Shown: positions 60,603-64,000 of the stretch, one piece after another
Position numbering within the stretch: position 1 is the first letter of the stretch
Layout of the letters: every line of letters starts with the position of its first letter
Source: Microthyrium microscopicum
Taxonomy: Eukaryota
Direction: 5' to 3'
Assembly: GCA_010405405.1 (NCBI GenBank)
Contig: MU004237.1
Span: 596,191-660,190, forward strand
Length of the DNA: 64,000 nucleotides
Position numbers and translations under genes: made by a program
The notes under the pieces: generated by a model
Told to the model about the DNA's origin: nothing
Database searches by the model: none
Seen by the model: only the letters and a program-made list of their open reading frames with translations

Positions 60603-62135
60603 CTACATCTTTGACTTCCCCAAGAGTTTTGTTTTGGTCTGGTAGATTTTCAAAAGTTGACGAACAGCCAGATCAAGCATAACATCTTCTGATCCACCAG
60701 GAATACTGCCAAAAGTAAGCATCAATTGAGCGTCAGATATAGGATCAACTTACCGGACACCATTCACTTCACGGTAAATTCGCTCAGCAACCTCACCTTG
60801 CCCAGTCCTCGTGTATCCGTTACCACCAAATAGAAGGACAGCCACCTGAGCACATTCGTTGATGACTATTCCAGCTTGAGCTTTGCACAACGCAGTCAGA
60901 CCGCCAAGCTCAACGTCTGCCTCGGCCTTTTTCATCTTTGTCATTTGGTAGACAAACTGCTCGACCCAGGCCCACTGACTTTCTAGCAAAGCACCTGCCT
61001 TTGCAATTCGATGTCTGACCACAGGTTGCTCAATCAGTGTTTTGCCAAATGCTTCCCTCTTCATCACATAAGCGAACGCAGCACTCAACGCAACTCGTGC
61101 CTGTCTGGTAGCTCCAATCGCAATAGCCAAGCGCTCATGGTTGAAGTTCGTCATGATATAAGTCATTCCCTTACCCTCTTCGCCAATGAGATTTTCCACT
61201 GGCACTTTGACATCGTCCAGCTCAATATAAGTAGTACCGCCAGTAATTTGACCTCCAACTTTGAGCCGGCGCATCGTGACGCCAGGGTGACCTTTGAGTG
61301 GCACTAGAAGTAGTGATAGACCTCCTGGGCCTGCCTTGCCAGTACGTACAGCCATGGTGGCGTATTCGGACCATATGCCGGTGGTGATCCATTTCTTACT
61401 GCCGTTGACGATGTAGTGCTTTCCGTCCGATGATTTTTCGGCGGTGGTGGAGATGTTGGCCACGTCGCTTCCTGCGCCTGGTTCCGTGATGGCGATGCAG
61501 ATTCTCTTCTTGCCTAGGAGAAGGTCTGGGAGATACTTTTCTTGGAGACTCTTGCTGGCGAACTTGATTAATGGTGGAATACCGAACGATACACCGGTTG
61601 TTAATGATCCGCCGGGCCCAGCCAGACCGGATCGACTCATCTGCAAAAATTAGATCGAGCTTTGCATAAGATCATGTCCTTGTACCTCATCTGTACTAGG
61701 AATTTATTAGCACCAAAGTATACAAAGATATATCTTGACCGATACCTCCCTTGACGAAGGAGATGTAATCAAGAAATGTAACAGTCGAAATCGCAAAAGT
61801 AGAAGGGGTATTTACTAAATGGACATGTGTAAATAATCAAACTCTTCAACCTTTACACCACCAGGTAGTTCATGTAGTCCAACCTTCTTCAACCACTCAA
61901 CTGGTAGAGGTGCAGGTAAAGATGGAATAAGCATGTTATTCTCCGCAAACGTCTTGAACACATGTTCAGGTACTAAACCCTCCTCATCCCATTCAAGAGC
62001 ATTTGCAATGAGGTTCTTGCCTATAAAGTCGCGACACGCCTTCTGCCACCGCTTGTGGCTGTCGCTGTAGTAAGGAGATGGAAGGCCATTCAGCCATGGA
62101 GGCTCCGCAAACGGGACGTTCACTGATTTCGCCAT
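60603..62135 (-). CDS. Acyl-CoA dehydrogenase, probably peroxisomal (4 exons including a 10-nt micro-exon)
   Basis: CIAITEPGAGSD, VNGSKKWIT, NFNHERL, REAFGKTL, LFGGNGY, IPGGSEDVM; C-terminus ..LGKSKM* is PTS1-like. Confidence 0.92.
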
Positions 62136-62298
62136 TGTTATATTAATGGAGGTGATGCTATGGTACAAGTCGTTTATGAGGCAGTGATGAGGTGGGTGGA
62201 TATGATGTACAGGTGTTACGTGTATTGAAGTCAGCTTCCTCTTGTCAGCATCTGAGACATGGGGAAGTGGAGATGCTTCGGTCAAAATCCGGGGTATG

Positions 62299-62304
62299 CC
62301 GAGG
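62299..62304. promoter_or_regulatory. CCGAGG, candidate FarA/FarB (CTF1) binding site
   Basis: Exact CCGAGG about 165 bp upstream of the acyl-CoA dehydrogenase ATG. Confidence 0.45.
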
Positions 62305-62562
62305 GTAAAGCTTAAACTCCACTTCGAGACGAATTATTTTGATTCTAGATTATCATTGGCTGGAAATCGTTTATATTCTGGAATATCATTAATAGTATCA
62401 AATGATTACGTTCGCCGTTGTACATCGAAATACTCGTATGCTTCGTAGGAGTTCTCAAAAGACCTACAACCTTGGCTTGCACTAGTGCAATCTGAGTTTG
62501 GATAAATACTTCCCAGAATGCAATGAGTATTGCATAGAAGGACAATAATCAAGTTGGATTGA

Positions 62563-64000
62563 TCATTCATCCACCATAGGCTTTGTCCTTCGACCCTTAA
62601 TCGCTCGTCCCGTGAAGCTCACCAGTCGTCTAGTCATCGGTTTGGTAATGATCTTCCCGTCTTCAGCAGTACCACTAATCAGGCTGAACATGGCCAAACC
62701 AAATGCAGACACAGCAAATATTCCTCCAAACCATCTCCAGTATGCCTTGACACTGAACTCGTAGTCGAAGAATTGACATGAAAAGAACGCAGTCATGAGA
62801 CTAACTGGCATAAACAATATCGCGACTTTGGTCAGCAACAAAGTCGTCAAAGTGAGTCGCTCAACGGAAAATGCTTCTTTGATGGCTAGCAAGTTGAAAT
62901 TCTGGGCAAATTAGCTAGGGGTTCCACGAAAAAAGATCATGACAAACCATGAAGATCAAGGAGGCTTTCTGGTCAATACACTCGTTGACCTCGCTCAAGG
63001 CATAGAGCTGTATACGATGCTTGAGTCGTTCAAACCGCACCTTCGCTGCAGAACTCAATGATACTCCAAGGGAAGATTGCGACTCCATAAGGTTTCCGTG
63101 AGGTTGTGACGAAGCTAATGACTCTAGACCACTGTGTATGATGTTTGAGTTCTGCAGTGATGCAAGTGAGATCTCCCTTCTGCCCAAAAGGCGGTCGATG
63201 AGAAGGTCGTAGGCTGAATATAAGCGTTTGAGAACGCTCAACTGACATCCTAGATGATGTAGTCGATCGATGTGCCGCAGTTCAGCTTTACACAGCATTC
63301 GTTCTCTCTAAAATATGTCAGAGAGGTAAAAGCGAGTCATGCGTGTTCATACTTACCAGTGCATTGAGTTCTTCCGCATAGCGATTGTCGCGTCGCGCTA
63401 TGAGGCTATAAATTGCGAGCCAATCGTCAAATAAGTAATAAAATAATAGTCCGGGCACGTCGGAGGCTCGATGCTGGGCTTCCTTTTCACTGTCACCAAC
63501 ACGTACGCGCAGTGGCAGTTGAAGAGGAGTGATGTTGGCCATGGGATCTCTTGCTTTCGAGCATTGACGAAATACGTTGATAACGTTTCTTCGAATGATG
63601 CTCAAACTTCTTTGCTCACGATGAGTCAAAGCACCAGATCTAAATGGGTATGGATGTTCGTGTATCATGATCACAGTCTTGTCTTCGCAGAGAACAAGCC
63701 AAGACCAAACCCGTTTGCACTTTGGCAGGTCTTCAGAAAACTCGTCAATCTCATCCTGGCTCGGAGCTGGTTCGGTGATATGGAGGGTATTGTAGCCTAG
63801 GCAAACGTAGCGACGTCCCCAGTCCATAGTTGAGTAGTGCCATAAGTCACTTGCAAGAGCGTATTGATTCAAAACCCGGTTCATGTCGGGCTCGTTGGAG
63901 AGGCCGAAATCCTCCATCCGAATATTGTCCTCAACATCAACAGACGACTCCATGGTAGAACTCTCTGGACTTGTCCTTCTGGATTTTGAGAGAACATTTC
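62563..64000 (-). CDS. CorA-like membrane protein, 5' end outside the window
   Basis: LLFYYLFDDW, HIDRLHHLGCQLSVLKRLY, coiled region, then VERLTLTTLLLTKVAILFMPVSLMTAFFS and a second transmembrane segment. Confidence 0.7.

Overview
Gene-dense genomic DNA from a filamentous ascomycete. This rests on short GT-AG introns with CTRAY branch sites, Zn2Cys6, HET and LysM genes, and a RIP-like transition bias in repeats; a Dothideomycete is a plausible guess only. About 25 protein-coding genes are supported. Housekeeping genes include an Mpv17/PMP22 protein, Trs65, Scy1 pseudokinase, a HAD phosphatase, ethanolamine kinase, a CTF1-beta/FarB-like factor, a likely peroxisomal acyl-CoA dehydrogenase and a CorA-like protein. 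Accessory or defence-type genes include a SesA-like/NACHT/ankyrin NLR, a HET-domain protein with an inserted transmembrane hairpin, a Zn-finger/GBP-like GTPase/pseudo-patatin protein, an Ecp6-like LysM effector, two carboxylesterases, a P450, a free-standing Copia-protease-like gene and a secreted PHM-like copper-motif protein. The clearest unannotated structure is at 50.3-51.5 kb: a 949-bp RIP-eroded mini LTR element (194-bp LTRs, GAATT target duplication) inserted in one arm of a nearly fully palindromic MITE-like element. There is also a minisatellite cluster at 1.4-2.9 kb and 4-nt and 10-nt micro-exons. All family calls come from motif recognition by eye; no database searches were run.
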